A program made the position numbers and the translations under genes. A stretch of 64,000 bases of DNA from Nitrosopumilus sp. (GTDB lineage: Archaea > Thermoproteota > Nitrososphaeria > Nitrososphaerales > Nitrosopumilaceae), in the NCBI GenBank assembly GCA_965238275.1, contig OZ250186.1, positions 2,048,001-2,112,000 of the forward strand, written 5' to 3'. Within the stretch, counting starts at the first letter, position 1. Every line of letters starts with the position of its first letter. Below, in pieces: positions 14,998 through 24,212 of this stretch. The notes below the pieces were generated by a model, which saw only the letters and a list, made by a program, of their open reading frames with translations, was not told the origin of the DNA and searched no databases.

Positions 14998-15496
14998 TCA
15001 TGCCAAGGATCAGCCGTACCGCGTCAGCCGGGGTGTCGGCGCCGACGATCCGAACGTGCCTCCTGTGATCCAAAAACCCGTCAATGTACCGCTCGGCAGG
15101 ACCGCCAAGATTCCGTATCGCCACCATCGGCTTTCTGTTCATGTCGGCTGCGCACATCTCGGAGAGTGTTCCGGTACCGCCGCCGACTATGATGATGCCG
15201 TCAGCTGACAGGGCCGTCAGAAAGTCACGGGTCATCCCCATGCCGGTGGGAACCACGATGTCGCAAAACTCGTTGGCGTGCGAAAAATCGTCCTGGGGGA
15301 TTATGCCGACTGTGATGCCGCCTGCCTCCCTTGCGCCCCGCGAGGCGGCGCTCATCACGCCGTCCAGGCCGCCGGTGACCAGTACGGAGCCGGACCTGGC
15401 AATCTCGGCACCCACCCCGTATGCGGCCTTTTCATGCTCCGGGGTGCATCCGTTCTTTCCGTGCCCTATGACAGTTATCTGGCGCATTCGTGCCAT
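14984..15496 (-). CDS. LOG family protein (TIGR00725-like)
   Basis: TGGLDGVM and GGGTGTLSE motifs. Confidence 0.9.
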   Translation of the reverse strand: MARMRQITVIGHGKNGCTPEHEKAAYGVGAEIARSGSVLVTGGLDGVMSAASRGAREAGGITVGIIPQDDFSHANEFCDIVVPTGMGMTRDFLTALSADGIIIVGGGTGTLSEMCAADMNRKPMVAIRNLGGPAERYIDGFLDHRRHVRIVGADTPADAVRLILGMITPS

Positions 15497-15591
15497 GACG
15501 GGGATTACAGTTATTCTTTTAAATATTTTTTAGATGCCGGGGCAGGCATGAGGCAGACGGATCAGGCTTCCTCCTCCCCCCCCCCATCCAC

Positions 15592-16203
15592 CTACTCCAC
15601 TATTATCGTGCCTTGCATCCAGGGGCCGGGAATCCCCGCGTATTCGTACACGCCGGCCGCCTCGAACCTGTGCAAGAATTCGGCACCCGGCAGGAGTCCA
15701 TGAAAACCAAAGGCGGCGGCCAATCCATCCTCCGTTTGTACCATGCCGGCGACGCCGTGCGCCGTCTCGTCCATGTTTTTCCACACAACCGTATCGCCCA
15801 CACCAATTGTAATCACGCGCGGCACAAAGTAACATTCGCTTGTCTCTTCACATACAGAAACGTGGGACCCGGGCGAGATGACGATGACGGCGTTCACCAT
15901 ATCACCTGCCATCCCCGTCATACCCGTCAACGAGGGATCCGCCACCGTCTCGGGCACCACGGCAGGCGGCCTGATCACCAACGCGAATCCTCTCTCCAGC
16001 AACATCTCTGTCGACTCTGCAAAGACGCAGGCAGGCATGCCGGAAGGCGTCGTCATCAGCACGCGCTCTCCGGCACACGTTACCTCGCTTGCCTGGACGC
16101 CGTTTTGCGTCTGCTGTAGCGGCGTCAGGGCCTCTGTCGCGTACGCGGTGCCAGAAGCTGCAAGCACGGCCAGCACCAACCCCAGCGTCATGATTCCCAG
16201 CAT
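15592..16203 (-). CDS. Secreted cupredoxin-fold (plastocyanin-like) protein lacking canonical Cu ligands
   Basis: Signal peptide, thaumarchaeal PLQQ..GV...C..PACV module, GDTVVWKN..AH, and YEYAGIPGPWMQG in place of YxYxCxxHPWMxG. Confidence 0.8.
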   Translation of the reverse strand: MLGIMTLGLVLAVLAASGTAYATEALTPLQQTQNGVQASEVTCAGERVLMTTPSGMPACVFAESTEMLLERGFALVIRPPAVVPETVADPSLTGMTGMAGDMVNAVIVISPGSHVSVCEETSECYFVPRVITIGVGDTVVWKNMDETAHGVAGMVQTEDGLAAAFGFHGLLPGAEFLHRFEAAGVYEYAGIPGPWMQGTIIVE

Positions 16204-16264
16204 TCATGTGAAGTTAAATCGGACGGTACCAAAGGGATCTGCGGCGTAATTTGTAGAATCGTGA

Positions 16265-17618
16265 AACTTTGTTTCCTAATTATCGCCAGTCACACCCAAC
16301 AGGTTCAGAATTAGGCCAGATCAGTTGAATTTGAACATCATATCAAACATCTTCAATAGAAAACCGTATTGATCAGAGAGGTGTGCAGGCAGTCAGGTAA
16401 CAGCCATGACTGAAAACACATCCTCTCCAGACAAAACGGGCACGCATGAGGCTAAAAAATCTTTCAAATCCAAAGAACGCCGGTTCCAGTACGATGACCG
16501 CAGGTACATAGACCGCGGCCAGTTGTGGACGCTCCAGATAAGCCCGGAGATCCTGACTCAGGGAGTCGAGAAGCTAAACTGCGGGAAGGTAGGCCGCCCG
16601 TACGTATTTTCAAACGCGTGCTTTGCAGCAGCATCCCTGTTCAAAAACGCCACCGGCATAAGGTACAGGCAGCTCCAGGGTCTGGCAGAGACGATAGTCG
16701 GCAAGGAAAACGCGCCCACGTACTCGGCGTTCCAGAAGAGGATGGCCAAGCTTGGCTGCACTGTTGCAGACAATGATGATGGTAGCGGCACGGCTTCTGC
16801 GTGGTTCTCAGACGGCGGCACCCGGGCCGAGATCAAGCTGTTTGCCTTCGACTCCACTGGACTCAAGCCCACAAACCGCGGCGACTGGATGACAGAAAAG
16901 TGGGGGACCAGGCGGGGCTTCATAAAGCTGCACGTCGGGGTGGATGCCAAAACCAAAAAGATCTACGCCGTGGCCATAACCGACGACAAGTGCGGGGACT
17001 CTCCGCAGTTTGAGGAACTGGTGGGGCAGGCCCTTGCAAATGCAAAAAAATCACCAAACTCAGACACTTCTGCAGGCACCAAGGCGGCAGCCGACGGCGC
17101 GTACGACACCCAGAAGATCCGCAGGTACTGCGACGAGCAGGGAATCGAGCCGCTGATTCCCGTCCGCATCGACTTTGCCGGAAAGGCGAACGGGTGCATG
17201 CCCCGCAAGGAGGCAGGATTCAGGCAGCTGGGGGACCTGGACTGCATGGACAAGACGGCAGAACGCAAGTTTGCAGGCCTCACGCGCGAACAAAAGAGGG
17301 AATTCCAGAAGGCGTGGCGCAGGGAGTCAGGGTACAACGACCGGTGGTCAGTCGAGATTGTATTTTCCACGTTCAAGCGGGTGTTGGGCGAGTGCATAAG
17401 CGCGCGCAAGTGGGAGAACGTCAAGGCCGAGATATACGGAAAGGTGCAGCTGTACAACCAGATGATCGATACTGCAATCGACAACGGGTACGGCACGCCA
17501 AGGATCGTGCAAGCCTACAAGCCCGGCCCAAGGACTGCAAGGGAAGGGGGCAAGACGACGACGTAGGCAGAATTGCACAGACGAGTATCTGTGTCGAGCG
17601 TAATTAGGAAACAGAGTT
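16265..17618 (+). mobile_element. IS5-family (IS903-like) insertion sequence, 1354 bp
   Basis: 18-bp terminal IRs (AACTTTGTTTCCTAATTA 16265-16282 / TAATTAGGAAACAGAGTT 17601-17618, 1 mismatch). 9-bp TSD GAATCGTGA at 16256-16264 and 17619-17627. Confidence 0.93.
16406..17566 (+). CDS. IS5-family DDE transposase
   Basis: DSTGLK, KLHVGVD, ADGAYD and YNDRWSVEIVFSTFK motifs. Confidence 0.93.
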   Translation: MTENTSSPDKTGTHEAKKSFKSKERRFQYDDRRYIDRGQLWTLQISPEILTQGVEKLNCGKVGRPYVFSNACFAAASLFKNATGIRYRQLQGLAETIVGKENAPTYSAFQKRMAKLGCTVADNDDGSGTASAWFSDGGTRAEIKLFAFDSTGLKPTNRGDWMTEKWGTRRGFIKLHVGVDAKTKKIYAVAITDDKCGDSPQFEELVGQALANAKKSPNSDTSAGTKAAADGAYDTQKIRRYCDEQGIEPLIPVRIDFAGKANGCMPRKEAGFRQLGDLDCMDKTAERKFAGLTREQKREFQKAWRRESGYNDRWSVEIVFSTFKRVLGECISARKWENVKAEIYGKVQLYNQMIDTAIDNGYGTPRIVQAYKPGPRTAREGGKTTT

Positions 17619-17662
17619 GAATCGTGAGTAAAGGATATAGATGATGCCACAACACACACACC

Positions 17663-17782
17663 ATGGAACGTTCAATGCCGGTGTGTTTTACCAAGAAACA
17701 GCACCAGATGATCGAAGAGTTTGCCAAAAGGAACGGAATGCTCAATACGAGCCAGGCCCTTGAGAAGCTCCTCGGCGCATAG
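17663..17782 (+). CDS. 39-aa ribbon-helix-helix-like micro-protein (not in ORF track)
   Basis: MERSMPVCFTKKQHQMIEEFAKRNGMLNTSQALEKLLGA fits the RHH strand-helix-G-helix pattern. Confidence 0.6.
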   Translation: MERSMPVCFTKKQHQMIEEFAKRNGMLNTSQALEKLLGA

Positions 17783-18189
17783 GATCAGGCTTTACATCAC
17801 TATTTTATTTACATTCACAGCAGGAACGTTCTGCGTGAAATTCTGGAAAATGCAATAGCGCAATTGTTTTCACGGCTTATGCTGGCATTGCGTAGTTCTT
17901 AGACATTGGCGGACCGGATGGCTTGACGCCGTTGTCAAGCAGGCACGACTGGAATGGTCAGGATTATCTGAACGATTCCAGTTCCCGGTGCATGGTCTCG
18001 CGGTGCCGCCCCACGGATTCCCCGTCGTACCCCATCGCGCGCGCAATCGAGCGTCCCATCATCCCAAAGTCGGCCATGCGAGTACTGGGGGACCTGAGAA
18101 CGTCCAACAATATAATCTATATACACCACTACATATCTATATAAATCCATGTAAATGTCTATATCAATGAGAAACGGGTATGTTCATCG

Positions 18190-18339
18190 TTGAACAAAGT
18201 GTTGGATTTTGTATCCGTAGTTTCGCATCAGGGAAAAATGAGAGTGATCGTTGTCCCAAAACGATTCCACGAAAACGTGGACGGGCTTAATGGCAGGCAG
18301 ATTCGAATCATCGTGGAAGACATCCTGACAGATCTGTAA
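18190..18339 (+). CDS. 49-aa AbrB/swapped-hairpin-like micro-protein (TTG start, not in ORF track)
   Basis: MNKVLDFVSVVSHQGKMRVIVVPKRFHENVDGLNGRQIRIIVEDILTDL. AT-rich promoter-like stretch upstream. Confidence 0.55.
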   Translation: MNKVLDFVSVVSHQGKMRVIVVPKRFHENVDGLNGRQIRIIVEDILTDL

Positions 18340-18418
18340 GAAGAGACATGATTCCCGCCCCGAATGCCCCGTTTTTGTTAGACCCAATGTGGTGGCAAAC
18401 TGTTGTTTGTCTTTCTTT

Positions 18419-18580
18419 TCATGCCCGGTCCAAGCGCGCGGTTGCATTTATTGGAATGCACGTGTACCTGGCGGGTTTATACCCGAATCCCTCAAATGTC
18501 CCATCCAATATATCACGGTAGGGAGTGAGCCCATCTAGGATATAATCCGGGGGGCCATTCCTGCCATCGTCCTTCAGATT
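18419..18580 (-). pseudogene. Possible eroded DDE (IS6-like) transposase fragment
   Basis: PPDYILDGLTPYRD resembles the P-x-x-I-x-T-D-G-L-x-x-Y motif around the second catalytic Asp. Weak evidence. Confidence 0.25.
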
Positions 18581-18653
18581 GTGATTTCCTGCCAAAGGGC
18601 GGGAAGCCTTCCCTCCGCCTACATTTATAGAATAAGCCATGCTAAAATTATCA

Positions 18654-19064
18654 ATGGGACTGTTTGGCAGGGCGCCGTCGTTTTGCACCGTATGCAACAA
18701 GCAGCTGACCCACAAGCACAAGCCAAAGAGGGAGTGGAACATCAAGGGGCCGCTGTGCGGGGACTGCCATTTTGAAAAATCAAGGGATTACTACGAGGGA
18801 AAGATGAGGCAGCCCTGCGCCACGTGCAACAAGACAAGAAGGATTACAGACCTGTGGGAGCCCCGGTGGCAGTGGGACATGGAGGGCCTGCTGTGCAAGG
18901 AGTGCTTTGACAAAAAGGAGAAGGCATTCGGTGTGAAGAAGAATTTCTGTTCCCTGTGCGGTGAAAAGATGGGACTCATACGGTACAACCCCAAGAGCGG
19001 ATGGAAGATTGAAGGCCAGCTGTGCAGGATGTGCTGGGACAAAAAGAAGGCGGAGATGGGGTAG
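18654..19064 (+). CDS. Multi-zinc-ribbon protein with three CxxC...W..G.LCxxC repeats
   Basis: Six CxxC in three internal repeats. TTTATA box about 25 nt before ATG 18654. Confidence 0.85.
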   Translation: MGLFGRAPSFCTVCNKQLTHKHKPKREWNIKGPLCGDCHFEKSRDYYEGKMRQPCATCNKTRRITDLWEPRWQWDMEGLLCKECFDKKEKAFGVKKNFCSLCGEKMGLIRYNPKSGWKIEGQLCRMCWDKKKAEMG

Positions 19065-19073
19065 TAGTAGTAG

Positions 19074-19268
19074 ATGGGACTCTTCAAAAGACTCAGGTGC
19101 GATGCCTGCGGGATCAGATTCTCAAAGGAGGAGGAACTGATGAACCACAGGCAGATAGTGCACGGGAATCCAGAGTACGACTGCAAGGAATGCAACGCGT
19201 TCTTTTCAAACATGGAGGACATGAGGACGCACCTCCAGAGGAACCACAGTTACAAGAAAGACAGGTGA
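19074..19268 (+). CDS. Tandem C2H2 zinc-finger protein
   Basis: Two CxxC-x3-F-x8-H-x4-H fingers. Confidence 0.88.
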   Translation: MGLFKRLRCDACGIRFSKEEELMNHRQIVHGNPEYDCKECNAFFSNMEDMRTHLQRNHSYKKDR

Positions 19269-19496
19269 CTATACGGCCTTTACGGTCTTGACCACGGGGG
19301 GCCTTACCTTTACAAACACCCTGAACCCGCAGATGCATTTGATCTCAGGCAGCCTGGCCAGTTCCGCGTTTGAGACGTTGGTGCCGCAGCGAAGGCACGA
19401 ATAGTTTACATCAAAGAGCTCGGCTGGTTTTTCGGATATCGGATTCTCTTCTGCCATCGGATTCTCTTCTGCCATACGAGTCATCAAGACATCCAT
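19269..19496 (-). CDS. rpo12: RNA polymerase subunit Rpo12 (RpoP)
   Basis: YSCLRCG...IKCICGFRVFVKVRPP. Located downstream of tuf-rps10. True start may be 19475 or 19457. Confidence 0.9.
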   Translation of the reverse strand: MDVLMTRMAEENPMAEENPISEKPAELFDVNYSCLRCGTNVSNAELARLPEIKCICGFRVFVKVRPPVVKTVKAV

Positions 19497-19510
19497 AATT
19501 TAAGGATAGA

Positions 19511-19819
19511 TCATGTGAGGGACATCTCAATGTAGACATCGTCAGGGATCTTTAGCCTCATAAGCTGCCGGATTGCCTTGTCGTCTGCATTGATGTTGAT
19601 GATTCTCCGGTGTATTCTCATCTCCCATTTCTCGTAGGTCTCGGTGCCGTTCCCGCACGGTGATTTTCGCGTAGCGACGTGGAGCCTCTTGACGGGGAGC
19701 GGTGTCGGTCCCTTTACCTTGACGCCGGTCTTCTTGCTGATGCCCATTATTTCGCTGCATACGCCATCAAGTTTTATCAGATTGGTCGATGTGAGTTTTA
19801 CGCGGGCAGTCTGTGGCAT
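19511..19819 (-). CDS. rps10: 30S ribosomal protein uS10
   Basis: GPTPLP, RKSPCGNGTETYEKWEMRIHRR. Confidence 0.98.
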   Translation of the reverse strand: MPQTARVKLTSTNLIKLDGVCSEIMGISKKTGVKVKGPTPLPVKRLHVATRKSPCGNGTETYEKWEMRIHRRIININADDKAIRQLMRLKIPDDVYIEMSLT

Positions 19820-19829
19820 GAGAATCCAC

Positions 19830-21128
19830 TTATGGTTTGTACTCTTCGGTGATTTCCTTTACGATTCCTGCGGCAATGGTTGCACCCATGTCTCTCAGGG
19901 CGAACCTGCCCATCTCAGGGAAGTCCTTGAATGTTTCAATGCAGGTCGGCCTCACCGGTCTGATCTTGACGATGGCAGAGTCTCCCACCTTGAGGAACTT
20001 GGGGCTCTCCTCGTCTACTGCCCCTGTTGCAGGGTTGATCTTTTGGAGGAATTCGGTAACGGTCGCGGCCACCTGTGAAGTGTGCGCGTGCATCACGGGG
20101 GTGTAACCTGGCGCGATTGCCGTCGGATGGTGAATAACGATTATCTGCGCCTTGAATTCCTTTGCGACCTTTGGTGGCGCATCCGGGGTTCCAAGCACGT
20201 CGCCCCTCTTGATGTCCTTCTTTTCAATGCCTCGCAGGTTAAAGCCGATGTTGTCGCCTGCCTCTGCGGACGGCATCATCTGGTGGTGGGTCTCAATGGA
20301 CTTGACCTCGCCTACCGAACCGGACGGCATGACGACAATCTTGCCGCCGGTAGTCATGGTGCCTGTCTCGACCCTGCCGACGGGGACCGTGCCTACGCCA
20401 GTAATCGTATAAACGTCCTGGATTGGGACGCGCAGGGGCTTGCCGATGGGCTTTTCTGCCACCAGAAAGCCGTCAAATGCCTCAAGCAGGGTCTTGCCCT
20501 TGTACCAAGGCATGTTGTCAGATTTCTTGACCAGATTGTCGCCCTTCCATCCGGATACCGGGATGAATGGCACGTTCTCCAGTTTGTATCCTACGGACCG
20601 AACCAGTTTTTGGCCTTTCTCCTTGGCTGCATTGTAGGACTCCTCGGAATAGTTGTTGCTGTCCATCTTGTTGATTGCGACGATCAGCTGGCTTACTCCC
20701 AGTGTCTTGAGCAGGAATGCATGCTCCCTTGCCTGTCCGCCTGCAGCGATTGCAGTGTCTGTCTCGCCCTCCTTTGCAGAGAGTACCAGAACTGCCGCGT
20801 CAGCCTCTGAGGCTCCGGTGATCATGTTCTTGATAAAGTCCCGGTGTCCGGGTGCGTCAATCAAGGTGAAAAAGTACTTTGAGGACTCAAATTTCTGGAA
20901 AGCTAGATCGATGGTAATGCCTCTCTCCCGCTCATCTTTGATATTATCCATAACCCATGCATACTTGAAGGTGTCACCCTTTCCGGTCTTTTCTGACTCG
21001 GTTGCATGTGATGCGATGGTTCTCTCGTCTACAACTCCGAGATCCATCAAGAAATGGCCCATGGTTGTGGATTTTCCGTTATCGATATGACCTGTAATAA
21101 TCAGGTTCAGGTGGGGTTTGTCTGCCAT
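19830..21128 (-). CDS. tuf: Elongation factor 1-alpha
   Basis: GHIDNGKST, RERGITID, DAPGHRDF and NKMD. Start reassigned to MADKPHLN. Confidence 0.99.
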   Translation of the reverse strand: MADKPHLNLIITGHIDNGKSTTMGHFLMDLGVVDERTIASHATESEKTGKGDTFKYAWVMDNIKDERERGITIDLAFQKFESSKYFFTLIDAPGHRDFIKNMITGASEADAAVLVLSAKEGETDTAIAAGGQAREHAFLLKTLGVSQLIVAINKMDSNNYSEESYNAAKEKGQKLVRSVGYKLENVPFIPVSGWKGDNLVKKSDNMPWYKGKTLLEAFDGFLVAEKPIGKPLRVPIQDVYTITGVGTVPVGRVETGTMTTGGKIVVMPSGSVGEVKSIETHHQMMPSAEAGDNIGFNLRGIEKKDIKRGDVLGTPDAPPKVAKEFKAQIIVIHHPTAIAPGYTPVMHAHTSQVAATVTEFLQKINPATGAVDEESPKFLKVGDSAIVKIRPVRPTCIETFKDFPEMGRFALRDMGATIAAGIVKEITEEYKP

Positions 21129-21607
21129 GTAATGAGCCACTTCGAGGGGATTTATTACTGTTATGTATTGGGATTTTGCCAGGCCGCGCGCTTGCACGGG
21201 CTTGCCATGCCCCCGTAGATTGTTTGAAGAGACTCGCGCACCGGGCCTGCCAGGTATGGCAGGCGGTAATTACATAAAATCTGTCAAAAATCATGAATAA
21301 CTTCAGAATATGTCCGGAATTTTTTACAACAACAGTCCGAACCGGCGTACTCTTGGAAAAATATGGCATGTTCAAAACCGTGTATTATTCATGTCTTGTA
21401 TGCGCAGAACGGTATCACAACACAGGTTCATCAGGCCCGATCAAACCAGTCACGCAGTGTTTGGTACCATGCGGACAAATTCTGTCTGCAGGGATGGGGG
21501 CCACGCGGAGTTACACCCGGCCGCACACGTATCATACACCACACCGGCCCGCAGGCAGACGCCAGGATGGACGGCGTCTTAAAAGCACATAAATCAAAGG
21601 TGTAAAA

Positions 21608-22759
21608 ATGAAGAGCATGAGGATTACAGTCTCTGCCATCAAGGCCGATGTGGGCGGGATCGGGGGCCACACCAAGCCCAGCGACGGCCTGATAGACGCG
21701 GTAAGAAAGACCATCAAGGGTTCAGAAAGCCTGCTTATCGATTATTACATAGGATACTGCGGGGATGACGTGCACATCATAATGTCCCACACGCACGGGG
21801 CAGACAGCCAGCAGATCCACAAGCTTGCATGGGACGCGTTCATGGCCGGAACCGCAGTCGCAAAGGAAGAGGGACTTTACGGTGCCGGACAGGATCTTCT
21901 CAAGGATTCATTTTCAGGAAACGTAAAGGGGATGGGTCCCGGCGTGGCGGAGATGGAGTTTGAGGAGAGGCAGAACGAGGCGTTTACCGTCTTTGCCGCA
22001 GACAAGACGGAGCCCGGCGCATTCAACTATCCCATATACAGGATGTTCGTAGACGCGCTGAGCAACACGGGACTGATTGTAAACAAGAGTTTGGCAGGCG
22101 GAGTAAAGATGAAGATCATGGACGTGGAGAAGGGCAGGATTGCAGAGCTGGAGCTGTGGCAGGACAAGCCAACCATAGAGGCAGCACTCATGTATCCCGG
22201 GAGATACGTCGTTGATTCTGTAACCACCAAGGAGGGGGAGCCCATCCTTGCAGCATCCACCGACAGGCTGCACAACATTGCCGGAACCTACGTTGGAAAG
22301 GACGATCCCATCTGCATGGTCAGGACGCAAAAGATGTTCCCTGCCACCGAAGAGGTGGGAAGCGTCTTTAACAACCCCCACTATGTCGCAGGAAACACCC
22401 GGGGAAGCCACAACATGCCGCTCATGCCGGTAAAACTGAACTCCGCTGCAACGATCAACTTTTGCATTCCGATAGTCGAGGCGCTGGTATTTAGCATGCA
22501 CAACGGAAGGTTTACCGGCCCGTTTGACGGGTTCTCGACTCCTGACTGGGATCTCATCAGGGAGATTGCAACAAAGAAGGCAATGGCAATCAGAAGCCAG
22601 GGGTTCATCCATCCGGCCACCCTTGTTCCGTCGGAACTAGAGTATGCAGAGGGGTACAATGCAAGAATGGGTATCCTGGAAGAAAAGATGGTGCAGATGG
22701 ATGGTGCAGCCACATCATCCGGCGGCAAGAAGAAGGAAGGATACGAGGATCCGGACTAG
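21608..22759 (+). CDS. fbp: Bifunctional fructose-1,6-bisphosphate aldolase/phosphatase
   Basis: IKADVGGIGGH, GLYGAGQDLL and YVGKDDP motifs. Confidence 0.97.
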   Translation: MKSMRITVSAIKADVGGIGGHTKPSDGLIDAVRKTIKGSESLLIDYYIGYCGDDVHIIMSHTHGADSQQIHKLAWDAFMAGTAVAKEEGLYGAGQDLLKDSFSGNVKGMGPGVAEMEFEERQNEAFTVFAADKTEPGAFNYPIYRMFVDALSNTGLIVNKSLAGGVKMKIMDVEKGRIAELELWQDKPTIEAALMYPGRYVVDSVTTKEGEPILAASTDRLHNIAGTYVGKDDPICMVRTQKMFPATEEVGSVFNNPHYVAGNTRGSHNMPLMPVKLNSAATINFCIPIVEALVFSMHNGRFTGPFDGFSTPDWDLIREIATKKAMAIRSQGFIHPATLVPSELEYAEGYNARMGILEEKMVQMDGAATSSGGKKKEGYEDPD

Positions 22760-22855
22760 TAGCATGCCTTTTGCGGCATTGCACAACACCGCGGCGGCAG
22801 GTTCCCTGCCAAACATGGAAGAAAAACAGATTAATGCATTCCCCAAAAAACGGTC

Positions 22856-24154
22856 ATGAACCTGCTGTCAATCGGAGGCACAGACCCCTCGTCGGGTGCG
22901 GGAATCCAAAGCGACATCAAGACGTTTTTGGTGCTGGGCGCATACGGGCTGACTGCAGTCACGGCAGTCACTTCCCAGAACACGTCGGGTTTTGGGAGGG
23001 TCAGGCCCCTCCCTGGCAGCGCCCTGAAGGAGCAGCTGGAGGCAGTCATGTCGGATTTCAGGATTGATGGGATAAAGATTGGAATGGTGTATGACACGCG
23101 AATAATAAGGACGCTGCACCGCATGCTTGGGGGGCTGGAGGTTCCCATAGTGGTGGATCCTGTCATCGTCTCAACTACCGGCGGAAGGCTGCTAAAAGAG
23201 TCTGCCGTGGAGGACTTTCGGAGGCTCGTGGTTCCCCTTGCCACAGTCATCACCCCAAACGTCGCAGAGGCAGAGACGCTTGCAGGAGTCAGGATCGGTC
23301 CGGAGAACACGCCGGAGAGGGTGGCAGGAATCATCTGCGGCATGGGCGCCAAAGGCGTCGTAATCACCGGGATCAAGACCGGCGGCAACACCATGTCGGA
23401 TCTTGTCATGGACGACGGCACCAAGAGTCACCTTGTTCCGGGGCGCATGATTACCGGGACAAACCACGGCAGCGGATGCAACTATTCTGCAGCCATGCTG
23501 GTGTCGCTTGCAGAGGGGAATAACATTGCAGAGTCTGCAAGGCGGGCCAAAAAGTTTGCCACGGACTCTATCAGAAACGCAATGCACACAGAAGGGACAA
23601 TCCCGGTGACCGTTCAGGCAGAGGATGCGATCCGCAGCAGCCTGTCAGGCGCAATCCAGGAGTTTGTCAGGATCAGGGGCATCTGCAAAAGCATCCCCGA
23701 GTGCCAGACAAACTTTGTGTACGCCAAAAAAAACCCAAAGGCCACGGATGACATCCTGGGCATCTCGGGAAGGATCGTCAGGGCCGGGGACAGGGCAATT
23801 CTTGCAGGACACCTCAAGTACGGCGGCTCAAAGCACGTGGCAACTGCACTCTACACGGCAGGTCAAAAGTTTCCGCAGATCCGCTCCGCGATAAACCTGA
23901 GGTACCGCGACTCTGCCATACTCGGGGCCAAGAGGGCGGGCATGGCAGTGTCCCACTACGACAGGAGCCAGGAGCCCGAAGGCGTGAGCGCCGCGGGATC
24001 CAGCGTGGCATGGGGGGTCAGGCGCGCCATCAGGGACCTTGACGGCCCGCCTGACGTGGTATATCACAAGGGCGGGTACGGAAAGGAGCCCATGATCATA
24101 GTCTTTGGAACGGACCCGGACGACGTCCTGAAGAAGATTCGCAGCATCGTCTAG
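22856..24154 (+). CDS. thiD: Bifunctional HMP(-P) kinase / thiamine-phosphate synthase ThiDN
   Basis: DPSSGAGIQSD and HGSGC, plus a C-terminal ThiN domain (IPECQTN, GGSKHVA, GKEP). Confidence 0.93.
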   Translation: MNLLSIGGTDPSSGAGIQSDIKTFLVLGAYGLTAVTAVTSQNTSGFGRVRPLPGSALKEQLEAVMSDFRIDGIKIGMVYDTRIIRTLHRMLGGLEVPIVVDPVIVSTTGGRLLKESAVEDFRRLVVPLATVITPNVAEAETLAGVRIGPENTPERVAGIICGMGAKGVVITGIKTGGNTMSDLVMDDGTKSHLVPGRMITGTNHGSGCNYSAAMLVSLAEGNNIAESARRAKKFATDSIRNAMHTEGTIPVTVQAEDAIRSSLSGAIQEFVRIRGICKSIPECQTNFVYAKKNPKATDDILGISGRIVRAGDRAILAGHLKYGGSKHVATALYTAGQKFPQIRSAINLRYRDSAILGAKRAGMAVSHYDRSQEPEGVSAAGSSVAWGVRRAIRDLDGPPDVVYHKGGYGKEPMIIVFGTDPDDVLKKIRSIV

Positions 24155-24212
24155 GCGTGCCGGAGTCCGCCCTTGAACATAAATAAATACACACGTTGCC
24201 AAAGCATAATCT

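Noticed and set aside
22760-22855. TPP riboswitch upstream of thiDN
   Set aside because: The conserved CTGAGA core is absent.
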